This document shows positions 30,740 through 39,791 of a DNA stretch of 64,000 nt, piece after piece. The translations under genes were made by a program, and so were the position numbers. A model generated the notes under the pieces. The model did not search any database and was not told where the DNA came from. It was given only the letters and a program-made list of their open reading frames with translations. Position 1 is the first letter of the stretch. Each line of letters opens with the position of its first letter. Source of the DNA: Candidatus Binataceae bacterium (GTDB lineage: Bacteria; Desulfobacterota; Binatia; Binatales; Binataceae); NCBI GenBank assembly GCA_041491005.1, contig JBGPUE010000002.1, positions 17,218 to 81,217 of the forward strand. The letters are read 5' to 3'.

Positions 30740-30857
30740 TCCCCCACGACGAGGAATCGCGAACCCCGCTGAGATGCACGGTCTACTTTTGCCGAAACTG
30801 ATGTCGGGCGAGGTGCGCGTACGCTACGCCGAGCACATGATGGGGGGAGACCGACGG

Positions 30858-33161
30858 ATGATCAACAAGTTGCGGTTGCTTAGGAACATTGGGCAGTTCG
30901 ACTCGGTCGATAGCGCTGCGACCATCGCGTTAAATTGACTCACCCTGATCTACGCAGAGAACGGGAGAGGAAAGACAACCCTCGCTGCCGTGCTCCGGTC
31001 GCTCGGGACCGGCGATCCGATTCCGATCATGGAACGACGCAGACTTGCGGCCCAGCGCGCTCCACACGTCGTCATCGAGTGCGATGGAGGACCGCCGTCT
31101 GCGATGTTCGAGAACGGTGTGTGGAACCGCACGTTACCGAACATGGTCGTGTTTGACGACCTATTTGTTGACCAGAACGTCTACTCGGGTTTGGCGGTCG
31201 GGGCAGAACACCGGCAGAACCTGCACGAGCTCATCCTAGGTGCCCAGGGCGTGACCCTCAACACGAAGCTTCAAGGGTTGGTCGAGCGCGTCGAGGAGCA
31301 TAACGCTGCGTTGAGGAACAAAGCGGCCGCCATACCTCCGGCAGAGCGCGGCGCGCTGTCAGTTGACGAGTTTTGCTTGCTCCCGCCACGGACGGACGTA
31401 GACGAAGCGATACAAGCTACCGAGCGCATGCTAGCGGCGGCGCGCGAACAAGCCCCAGTTCGGAACGCTTCCCTCTTCGACCCGCTGAGCCTTCCGGCTT
31501 TCGATGTCGCGGCCACTGACCGCGTCCTTCAGAAAGACTTGGCCACGCTCGATGCGGCGGCGGCGGCTCGCGTCCAAGCGCATGTGGCAGGACTGGGTCC
31601 AAGCGGTGAAACGTGGATTGCTGAAGGAATGCGCCGTCTCCCGCGGGCGGCTCCAGGCGCGGGAACGGCCATCTGCCCATTCTGCGGGCAGGATCTGGCC
31701 GGCGCGCCCCTTATTGCCCACTACCGGGCCTACTTTAGCGCTGGCTACGCCGACCTTAAGCGTAAGGTTTCGGAGGCTCTTGCAGAGATAAACCGCACGC
31801 ACGGGGCCGATGTGCCAGCGGCGTTTGAACGCTCGATCAGGGTGGCTGTGGAGCGGCGGCAGTTCTGGTCACGGTTCTGCGATGTACCCGACCTCGTCGT
31901 GGATACGGCCACGATTGTGCGCGATTGGCGCGCTGCCCGCGAGGCCGTCATCGCGGCGCTTACCTCGAAGCAGGCAGCGCCGCTGGAGCGCAAGACACTT
32001 GCGGCGGAGGGCCAGGCAGCGGTCGCGTTATACCACACTCATCGCGACAGGATTGCGGCTCTCAGCGGCGCGCTCGTGAAGACAAATGCTTCTATCCGAC
32101 TGGTCAAAGAGCAGGCGGCAGTGGCCAACCCGCAACTCATCGCTTACGATCTCTCTCGCCTCAAGGCGGTCAAGGCCCGCCACAGCCCAGGCATCGCAGC
32201 GCTTTGCGATGGCTATCTGGCGGAGAAGGCCGCCAAGGCGCAAACAGAGCAGCAACGGGACCAAACCCGAGCGGTGTTGGACCAGTACAGAATGAACGTG
32301 TTTCCGGGATACCAGACTGCGGTCAACCTTTATCTACAACGATTCAATGCGGGGTTTCGGCTCGACAGTGTGACTCCCGTCGACACTAGGGGAGGCCCGG
32401 CTTGCACGTACAACTTACTGATCAACGACATACCCATCGCCGTCGCGGGAGCGCCCCCTTCGCCTGGCGAGCCTTCATTCCGCAACACCCTGAGCTCGGG
32501 CGACCGCAATACACTTGCGCTCGCCTTCTTTTTCGCTTCCCTTGACCAAGATCCGGGACTCGCAAACAAAGTCGTTGTGATCGACGACCCGATCTCAAGC
32601 CTTGACGATCATCGCTCGCTAACCACCGTGCAGGAGATACGAGACCTCGCGAAACGCGCCGGCCAGGTCATCCTGCTCTCCCATAGTAAGCCGTTCCTAT
32701 GCCGCACTTGGGAGCGGGTCGATCCTTCGACCCGTACCGCGCTCCAGGTAGCCCGCGACAACCTTGGCTCGACCATTCGCTCCTGGGACGTGGACGAGGA
32801 CTGTATCACTGACCACGATCGGCGCCACGCCACTATGCGCGAGTACCTTGCCAATGGCATGCCGAACAATCGGGAAGTCGCCGGATCAATTCGCCCTCTG
32901 CTGGAAGCGTTTCTTCGCGTAGCTTGCCCGGAGCATTTTCTTCCAGTAACGAAGCTTGGACAATACCATGACCTGTGTAGGCAGCGCGTAGGCACGCCCC
33001 AGCAGATCCTCGATACGAGCGCGACTGCGGAACTAGGCAAACTGATCGAATACCCGAATAGATTTCATCACGACACGAACCAGGCGTGGGAGACCGAGAC
33101 TATCAATGAGACTGAGCTGGCAGGCTTCGTCCGGAGAGCAATGAGTTTCGCCAAACGGTGA
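30858..33161 (+). pseudogene. AAA_13/RloC-like Rad50-type ABC ATPase with CXXC zinc hook, disrupted by an in-frame TGA at 30936..30938 (possible anticodon-nuclease/abortive-infection type module)
   Basis: ATG at 30858 has a strong SD (ggggggag) and encodes MINKLRLLRNIGQFDSVDSAATIALN-TGA-LTLIYAENGRGKTT. This is the typical AAA_13 N-terminus with the stop sitting where a conserved residue (W or K) precedes the P-loop. Downstream: ~450 aa of coiled-coil-like sequence with a central CPFCGQ zinc hook, ABC signature (LSSGDRNTLALAFFFA), Walker B/D-loop (VVVIDDPISSLDD), H-loop (LLSHSKP) and a ~170-aa C-terminal domain. Lower GC3 than the host genes. Confidence 0.6.
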
Positions 33162-33221
33162 GCCCGTGACCAGTGGCCACTTCAGTGAGTCCGACGTGGA
33201 AGACGCCGCCCTAGCATCCGG

Positions 33222-33261
33222 GCCGCCCGCTAGGAGCGCGTCGCGATGAGTTCCGCGCCGC
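33222..33261 (+). repeat. Right copy of the ~41-bp direct repeat
   Basis: See 30699..30739. Here the ATG is the genuine start of the UDG gene. Confidence 0.8.
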
Positions 33262-34061
33262 CGCTGGACCGCAAGATCGTGCTGGCCACGATGCGCGATT
33301 ACGTCGAGCAATTGCGCGAGGAAGGACTCGAAGGGCTGCCCGCGAGCGAAGCTGTAGCGCCCGTCCTCGTGTCGGCCGCGTCCCGCGCTATGCAGCCTCC
33401 TGCTGCGGCGCTCAAAGCTCCGTCAGCAGCTGGCGCGCCCGCGGAGGAGCTCTTTTCGCCGTACCCCGGATTGGAGCAGACTGCGGAACTGGGTGCGTTG
33501 CGCGCCTTTATCGGCGATTGCCAACGATGCAAGCTCGCGCCGACCCGCACGAACCTCGTCTTCGGGATCGGCAATCCGCATGCGGAATTGGTCTTCGTCG
33601 GCGAAGCGCCGGGCGCGGACGAAGATGCGCAAGGCGAACCGTTCGTCGGGCGCGCGGGCCAGCTACTGACCGATATTATCGAGCGCGGCATGGGAGTGAA
33701 GCGCGCTGACGTTTACATCTGCAACGTGATCAAGTGCCGCCCGCCGGGCAATCGCAATCCTGAGCCCGACGAAGTCGCGGCCTGCCAGCCCTTCCTGTTC
33801 CGCCAGATCGATTTGATCAAGCCGCGCGCGATCGTAGGCCTCGGCAGTTTCGCAGTGCAGGCGCTGCTGCGCGTCAAGACGCCGATCGGCAAGTTGCGGG
33901 GCGCCTGGCAGGAGGTGCGCGGTGTCCGCATGATGCCGACCTTTCATCCTGCATACCTGCTGCGCACTCCCGGCGACAAGCGGCTGGTGTGGAGTGATAT
34001 ACAAGAAGTTATGAGGGAACTGGGGTGGCCGATTCCAAAGCGTGGCGGACCGGCGGCATGA
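33246..34061 (+). CDS. Uracil-DNA glycosylase, family 4
   Basis: [23 protein letters not shown] and a downstream HP motif (TFHPAYLLR) are family-4 UDG signatures, 271 aa. Confidence 0.85.
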   Translation: MSSAPPLDRKIVLATMRDYVEQLREEGLEGLPASEAVAPVLVSAASRAMQPPAAALKAPSAAGAPAEELFSPYPGLEQTAELGALRAFIGDCQRCKLAPTRTNLVFGIGNPHAELVFVGEAPGADEDAQGEPFVGRAGQLLTDIIERGMGVKRADVYICNVIKCRPPGNRNPEPDEVAACQPFLFRQIDLIKPRAIVGLGSFAVQALLRVKTPIGKLRGAWQEVRGVRMMPTFHPAYLLRTPGDKRLVWSDIQEVMRELGWPIPKRGGPAA

Positions 34062-35383
34062 GGCGCACGTGGCTGCCAATCGCGCTGGTGCTGGCGATCG
34101 CCGCTTTGCCATCGGACGGCGCGGCTGCGGTCGCGAGCACTCCAGCCCGCGGCGAGAGCTCGCGTGGCTCGGTTGTTTTAATCCGTATCAACGGTTCGAT
34201 TAATCCAGCCGTCGTGGCCTATATCGAAGACTCGCTCGATGCCGCCAACAAAGAGGGCGCAAGCGTGCTGGTGATCCAGCTCGATACTCCCGGCGGCCTG
34301 CTCAATTCCACCCAACGCATCGTGAAGGACTTGTTAGGTTCGGCGGTGCCCGTGATCGTCTATGTCGCGCCATCGGGCGCCAGTGCCGCATCGGCCGGCA
34401 TGTTCATCACCGAGGCGGCGAACATTGCCGCGATGGCGCCGGGCACGACGATCGGTGCGGCCCATCCGGTGGAGAGTGGCGGCGGCGAGCCCAACGCCGT
34501 GATGGGCAAGAAGATCGAGAACTTCGCCGCATCGTTCGCCAAGACCGTCGCGCAGGAGCGTGGGCACAATCCGCAATGGGTGGAAGACGCCGTGCGCAAC
34601 AGCGCCGCGATCGGCGACCGCGAAGCATTGTCGCAGCATGTGGTCGATATCGTCGCGCGCGATCTCACCGACCTGCTGCTGCAATCCACCGGCGTTGAAG
34701 TGAAGCTCGGCGAGCGCAAGATCACCCTGATGCTCACTGGCGCCGCCGTGCACGAGCGCACGATGAGCCTAGCGCAGCGTTTTCTCAACGCGCTGGCCGA
34801 TCCCAATCTGGTTTATCTGCTGCTGATGGGCGGTCTTATCGGGCTGTATTTCGAGTTCGCCCATCCTGGGGTCTACATGCCCGGCGTCGCAGGTGCGATC
34901 TGCCTGCTGCTCGCATTGACTTCATTTCAGGTGCTGCCGATCAACCTTTCGGGGCTGCTGCTGCTGCTGCTCGGTGTCGGCCTGCTGATTTCGGAGGCGT
35001 TCCTGACCAGCTACGGGATTCTCGGGATCGGCGGGATCGTGGCATTCGTGATCGGTTCGCTCTTCCTGATCGACGGTGCACAGACCACAATGGCGGTCAG
35101 CCGCGGGCTGATCGCGGGCGCGGCGCTGGCGCTGACCGCAATCATCGTTGGACTGGGCTACCTGATCGTCCACGATCGCCGCGGCCAAGCCGCCACCGGC
35201 CGCGAAGGGCTGATCGGCGAGGTCGGCGAAGTCCGGGATCTAATCGCGCCGGGCGTCGCGGGACGAATCTTCGTGCACGGCGAGCATTGGCGCGCAGTGG
35301 CCGACGAGCTGATCGCATCGGGCGAGCGCGCGCAGGTGACGGCGGTTCACGGGATTGAAGTCGAGGTGCGGCGGATCAGCTAG
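34058..35383 (+). CDS. nfeD: NfeD family membrane-bound serine protease
   Basis: Signal peptide, ClpP-like fold region (VLVIQLDTPGGLL), a C-terminal multi-TM region and an OB-fold. Followed by an SPFH gene, the classic nfeD-stomatin operon. Start set at [10 protein letters not shown]. Confidence 0.8.
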   Translation: MRRTWLPIALVLAIAALPSDGAAAVASTPARGESSRGSVVLIRINGSINPAVVAYIEDSLDAANKEGASVLVIQLDTPGGLLNSTQRIVKDLLGSAVPVIVYVAPSGASAASAGMFITEAANIAAMAPGTTIGAAHPVESGGGEPNAVMGKKIENFAASFAKTVAQERGHNPQWVEDAVRNSAAIGDREALSQHVVDIVARDLTDLLLQSTGVEVKLGERKITLMLTGAAVHERTMSLAQRFLNALADPNLVYLLLMGGLIGLYFEFAHPGVYMPGVAGAICLLLALTSFQVLPINLSGLLLLLLGVGLLISEAFLTSYGILGIGGIVAFVIGSLFLIDGAQTTMAVSRGLIAGAALALTAIIVGLGYLIVHDRRGQAATGREGLIGEVGEVRDLIAPGVAGRIFVHGEHWRAVADELIASGERAQVTAVHGIEVEVRRIS

Positions 35384-35407
35384 CGCGGAATCCGCGCGAG
35401 CGCCCGC

Positions 35408-36205
35408 ATGGAGGCAACTATGGCTGGCGGTGTTGGCATCGTGATCCTGATTGGCGTGATGTTCGTGCTCAGCGGACTCAAGGTGTTGCGCGAGTACGAG
35501 CGCGCGGTGATCTTCCGCCTCGGCCGGCTGACGCCGTATCGCGGGCCAGGACTCATCTTCATCATTCCGATTCTCGAACGCGCGGTGCGAATCGACGTCC
35601 GCACGATCACGATCGAGATTCCGCCGCAAGACGTGATCACGCGCGACAACGTCACGGTAAAAGTTAGCGCAGTGCTCTACTTCCGCGTGATCGACGCGTC
35701 GCGAGCCGTCGTCGAGGTCGAGAACTATCTGTTCGCCACGATGCAGCTGGCGCAAACCACGCTGCGCTCGGTCGGCGGGCAAACCGAACTCGACGACCTG
35801 CTGAGCCAGCGCGAGAAGGTCAACGCGCGCATCCAGGAGATCGTCGATGCGCAGACCGAACCGTGGGGCATCAAGGTGACGCTGGTCGCGCTCAAGAACA
35901 TCGACCTGCCCCAGGACATGCAGCGCGCGATCGCCGCGCAGGCCGAGGCCGAACGCGAGCGCCGCGCCAAGATCATTGCCGCCGAGGGTGAGTTCCAAGC
36001 CGCGCAGAAGCTCTCCGAGGCGGCCGAGATCATGGCGCACAACCCGATCACGCTGCAGTTGCGCTACCTGCAGACGCTTGCCGAGATCGCGACCGAGCAC
36101 AACTCCACAACGATCTTCCCCGTGCCGATCGATCTGTTCGAGCCGTTCATCCAGATGCGCCGCGCGGCCAACACCGCTGCACCGCCCGGCAAACCCAACC
36201 CGTAA
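35408..36205 (+). CDS. SPFH/band-7 (stomatin-like, slipin) family protein
   Basis: N-terminal TM, then an SPFH domain ([13 protein letters not shown]...[32 protein letters not shown]) and a coiled-coil C-terminus. Confidence 0.85.
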   Translation: MEATMAGGVGIVILIGVMFVLSGLKVLREYERAVIFRLGRLTPYRGPGLIFIIPILERAVRIDVRTITIEIPPQDVITRDNVTVKVSAVLYFRVIDASRAVVEVENYLFATMQLAQTTLRSVGGQTELDDLLSQREKVNARIQEIVDAQTEPWGIKVTLVALKNIDLPQDMQRAIAAQAEAERERRAKIIAAEGEFQAAQKLSEAAEIMAHNPITLQLRYLQTLAEIATEHNSTTIFPVPIDLFEPFIQMRRAANTAAPPGKPNP

Positions 36206-36272
36206 CCGATTGCGCCCAGAGCCCGAAACCGGCTAGCTTGCGCGCGCGTTCAGATCTCAAACGAGGTGAGCT

Positions 36273-36677
36273 GTGGAAGTCGCAAAGGATTCGATTGACC
36301 TCGGGATCGTCGTGACCGATGAAAACGCCGCGCTCGCATTCTATCGCGACGGGTTGGGCATGGAGGATGCCGGCAATCTTATGCTGCCCGGCGGCCGGAT
36401 GTATCGCCTGATGTGCGGCACCACCGTGATCAAGCTGCTTAAGCTCGACAAGACGCCCGATGTGAAACCGGCTGGCGGCGGCCCGATGGGCGGGCTCGGT
36501 CTGCGCTATTTCACGATCACGGTGCCCGACATCCACGCTCTGATGGCGCGTCTGGAGCAAAAGGGGATCAAGCCGCTGATGCGGGTGACGGAATTCCGTC
36601 CCGGCGTGACGATCGCGATGGTTGCCGATCCGGACGGCAACACTGTCGAGTTCCTGCAGCAGGCCGCCGCGAACTGA
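36273..36677 (+). CDS. VOC (glyoxalase/bleomycin-resistance/dioxygenase) family protein
   Basis: 134 aa with paired beta-alpha-beta-beta-beta module pattern (IDLGIVVTDENAALAFYRDGLGM...RYFTITVPDIHAL). Confidence 0.6.
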   Translation: MEVAKDSIDLGIVVTDENAALAFYRDGLGMEDAGNLMLPGGRMYRLMCGTTVIKLLKLDKTPDVKPAGGGPMGGLGLRYFTITVPDIHALMARLEQKGIKPLMRVTEFRPGVTIAMVADPDGNTVEFLQQAAAN

Positions 36678-36680
36678 GCC

Positions 36681-37259
36681 GTGGGGAAACTGATCCTCGT
36701 CCGCCACGGCGAGAGCGAGGGCAACGTGGTTCGGGTCTTTACCACCACCCCGATGGAGCTGCCGCTGACTGATCTCGGCCGGCGGCAGGCGCGCGCAGCG
36801 GCGGATAAAATCGCGCGGCTTTTCAAACCCGAATTGGTGGTCGCGAGCTCATACATTCGCGCGCGCCACACCGGCGAGATAATCGCGAGCGCTCTCGACC
36901 TGCCGATCGAAATCGAACACGAGTTGCACGAGCGCGACATGGGCGGGCTGGTCGGTAAACCCTACGACGCCATCGTCGACGATCCGGCATACGACCCCAA
37001 GCGGCCGTGGGAGTGGAAGCCGCCGGGTGGGGAAACCCTCGAGGAGGTTCGCGCCCGCACCGCACCGGTGCTCGATCGCCTGGCTGCACAGCATGCCGGC
37101 CGCGAAATCGTGGTCGTGAGCCACGGCGGCGTGATGGCGGCATTGTGGGCGCATGTCACAGGCAGCTGGGAAGATGCGCACGTACTGCCCAACGCCGGTA
37201 TCGTGCTGATCGAGCATAGCGCCGGCCGATACCTGCGACCCGGCGTTGTCACGGACTGA
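36681..37259 (+). CDS. Histidine phosphatase family protein (phosphoglycerate-mutase-like)
   Basis: LILVRHGESEGN (RHG catalytic motif) and downstream SHGG motif (VVSHGGV). Confidence 0.8.
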   Translation: MGKLILVRHGESEGNVVRVFTTTPMELPLTDLGRRQARAAADKIARLFKPELVVASSYIRARHTGEIIASALDLPIEIEHELHERDMGGLVGKPYDAIVDDPAYDPKRPWEWKPPGGETLEEVRARTAPVLDRLAAQHAGREIVVVSHGGVMAALWAHVTGSWEDAHVLPNAGIVLIEHSAGRYLRPGVVTD

Positions 37260-37318
37260 CGCGCGACCAACCCGCTGCCGGCGCAGCTGTCTCAGACCTT
37301 GCCGCTCTCGGTGTCGTA

Positions 37319-37612
37319 TCAGCGCTTGCGCCGCGGGCGCTTGGGCTTGGGCCGCCATCGCCCGCCCGGTCCGTAGCTGGAGACCGGCCCGAGCACGTCG
37401 GTGTAACGCCATTCCTTGATTTCCGCTTCGGGATGACGCGCGCGCCATGCTTCGATCCATCCGGCCCGGCTGCGGGCGCGTCCTGCCTCGACTTGGAACT
37501 GGGATCGGTCGTCACGCAACAGGACGATCTTGCCAACACGATGGACGAAGACCCGCACCAGCGTCCAGTCCTCCAACAGAATGCGGAGCTGGCCGGTCTC
37601 TTCGTCCCTCAA
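37319..37612 (-). CDS. hypothetical small basic protein
   Basis: 97-aa ORF with a strongly basic tail (KPKRPRRKR). No recognisable family. Coding status uncertain. Confidence 0.25.
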   Translation of the reverse strand: MRDEETGQLRILLEDWTLVRVFVHRVGKIVLLRDDRSQFQVEAGRARSRAGWIEAWRARHPEAEIKEWRYTDVLGPVSSYGPGGRWRPKPKRPRRKR

Positions 37613-38037
37613 GACAATGCATCCCTCGCCGACCCGGCCTAGCAGGCGCCAGCTGGATGAGGTTCCAGCACGGCGGCGCGCAGGGCCGCGCGCTTCACCG
37701 CGCGCCTATCGAGAGAGGTCGGCGATCGTTGTCGAAATGCTCAGACACTGGCCTTCAAGCGTCAGGCGCCCTATGACACTAGAGCGCCAGTTGCGGAAGG
37801 CTGGCAATGGGCAGAACGAAACTGGGAATAGCTATCGGTGTTGAAGTTGGTATTTGTTGTAACTGTTAAGTAACACACTGTAGAGCAAGCCTGGTCGTGA
37901 CAGGAGTGTGATGGGCGTAGTCCGGCACGACTGAGCTGTGTTCCCCATGGTCAAACGCATGATCATACCCAACCAAGAGTTGTTGGTATTACACACAATG
38001 GCTTGCTCGCTTAGTGAAAACCGGTCCGAAGGCGCGC

Positions 38038-39108
38038 TTAGCGCAGACGGCGGAATGAATGCGTCTTGATCGCGATAGTGACTTCGCGGTCGACTGTCAG
38101 CCCAAGTTCAGCGACCGAGACCGAGGTGAGTTTTGCCCGCCAATGCACACCGCCAGCGGCGACCCGCACCAGCGCGTCCGCACCGACGGCATCGATGCCG
38201 ATGATCACACCCCCGAGCAGGTTGCGCGCGGAAATGCCTTGCAGCGGATGAGACGATAGCAGCACGTCCTCGGTCGGCACCGAGTAAGTCGCGACTAGGG
38301 GTGCGGAAGGGGAATCGCCGGGCACGCTCAACACGGTGCCGTTGGCAAGCCGCAGCCGCGGAGCTTCGGCGGGCGAAGCCGCAGGCAGGAGCGAGCCGCT
38401 GACGATATTGTCGAACGCGATGCCGCCATCGAGCGCCGTCAGGCGCCCTATGTCGAACACCTCGCCCGGCGATCCTTGCGCCTCGATGCTACCCGCGCGC
38501 ATCAGCAAGGCCTCATGCGCGAAACCGATCGCTTCACCGAGGTTGTGCGTTACATAGATGATCGCGGTGTCCGCACGATCGCGAATCCGCAGAATGTAGG
38601 GGAATATCCGCTCTTTGAGTTCGACATCGATCGCGGCTAGCGGCTCGTCGAGCAGCAATAGCTGCGGACGAGTCGCCAGCGCGCGCGCTAGCGCAACCCT
38701 TTGGCGTTCGCCGCCCGACAGCGTCGCCGGATAGCGGCCGAGCAGCGGGGCGATCTCGAGGATCGACACGGCCTCGTCGAAGACGTTGCGCGACTGGGCG
38801 GAAGCAGCCAGCCCGAAGCGGACGTTGCCGGCCACCGAGAGATGCGGAAACAGAGCCGCGTCCTGCGGGACATAACCGACGCGGCGTCGCTCCGGCTTTA
38901 GCGAGATCCGCGCGGGGGAGTCGAGCAGAACCTCGCCATCCAACACGATCCGCCCGCTGGCCCGCCGCCTGAGCCCCGCCACCGCCTCGAGCAGCGACGT
39001 CTTGCCACAGCCGGACGGGCCCATGATCGCGACGGCCCGGGTCGCCAAGCGCGTCTGGATGCGGAGCTCGAAGCGATCCAGCGGCAGCCTGAAATCAAGT
39101 TCGATCAC
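38038..39108 (-). CDS. modC: Molybdate ABC transporter ATP-binding protein with C-terminal TOBE/MOP domain
   Basis: Walker A (GPSGCGKTS), signature (LSGGERQR), Walker B (LLLDEP) and a C-terminal MOP-like domain. The likely GTG start at 39108 overlaps the modB stop (GTGA); the ORF-finder ATG at 39156 would overlap modB by 52 nt. Confidence 0.85.
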   Translation of the reverse strand: MIELDFRLPLDRFELRIQTRLATRAVAIMGPSGCGKTSLLEAVAGLRRRASGRIVLDGEVLLDSPARISLKPERRRVGYVPQDAALFPHLSVAGNVRFGLAASAQSRNVFDEAVSILEIAPLLGRYPATLSGGERQRVALARALATRPQLLLLDEPLAAIDVELKERIFPYILRIRDRADTAIIYVTHNLGEAIGFAHEALLMRAGSIEAQGSPGEVFDIGRLTALDGGIAFDNIVSGSLLPAASPAEAPRLRLANGTVLSVPGDSPSAPLVATYSVPTEDVLLSSHPLQGISARNLLGGVIIGIDAVGADALVRVAAGGVHWRAKLTSVSVAELGLTVDREVTIAIKTHSFRRLR

Positions 39109-39785
39109 TGAGCCAGCCGCCGGCTGCGGCGCATCGTGGCGAATTCCCCGATCCAAACGGCCGCGAATGCGATCAGCGCGGTGATGCCCGCCAGCCGCAT
39201 CGCGCCGGCGTCATCGCCGAGTTCGGCGCGCGAGAAGATCGCCAGGGCCAGCGTCTGCGTGCGGCCCGGGATGTTACCGGCGATCATGATCGTCGCACCA
39301 AACTCGCCCAGCGCGCGCGAAAAGGCGAGCAGCGCGCCGGCCAGAATTCCGCGCCACGCCAGCGGCATCGCGACCCGCACAAACGATGAAAACGGGCCTG
39401 CGCCAAGCGTTCGTGCGACGGCCATTAGCCGCGGATCAACTTCCTCGAATGCGGCGCGCGCCGGGCGCACCAGCAATGGAAACGACATCACCGCCGTCGC
39501 CATCACCACCGCCTTCCAGGTGAAGACGACCTGCACGCCCATGTGCGCGAACAGCACGCCCAACGGGCCGTGGCGCGCGAGCATCTCCAGCAGCAGCAGG
39601 CCGACCGCCGTGGGCGGCAGCACCAGCGGCAGCGAGAGTACCGTGTCGACGATGCCACGCACGGTGCCGGGCCATCGGCTCAGGCACCAGGCGGCCGCAA
39701 TCCCGACGGGCAGAATCGCGATCGTGGAAATCGCGGCTATCCGCAGCGTGAAAAACAGGACCGAGAAATCTTCGGCGCTCAGCAA
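39105..39785 (-). CDS. modB: Molybdate ABC transporter permease
   Basis: 226 aa with an EAA-type permease motif region (ALGEFGATIMIAGNIPGRTQTLALAIF), typical of ModB. Confidence 0.85.
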   Translation of the reverse strand: MLSAEDFSVLFFTLRIAAISTIAILPVGIAAAWCLSRWPGTVRGIVDTVLSLPLVLPPTAVGLLLLEMLARHGPLGVLFAHMGVQVVFTWKAVVMATAVMSFPLLVRPARAAFEEVDPRLMAVARTLGAGPFSSFVRVAMPLAWRGILAGALLAFSRALGEFGATIMIAGNIPGRTQTLALAIFSRAELGDDAGAMRLAGITALIAFAAVWIGEFATMRRSRRLAQ

Positions 39786-39791
39786 GAAGGC

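Noticed and set aside
30936-30938. Possible programmed TGA readthrough or selenocysteine in the RloC-like gene
   Set aside because: The position corresponds to an ordinary conserved residue just before the P-loop, not a redox-active site, and no SECIS-like hairpin is evident immediately downstream. A point mutation or sequencing error is far more likely.
30990-33161. Treating GTG 30990 as the genuine start of the ABC ATPase
   Set aside because: It would remove the Walker A motif (GRGKTT lies upstream of 30990). The SD-preceded ATG at 30858 plus conserved N-terminal sequence show the true start is upstream, making the TGA an interruption.
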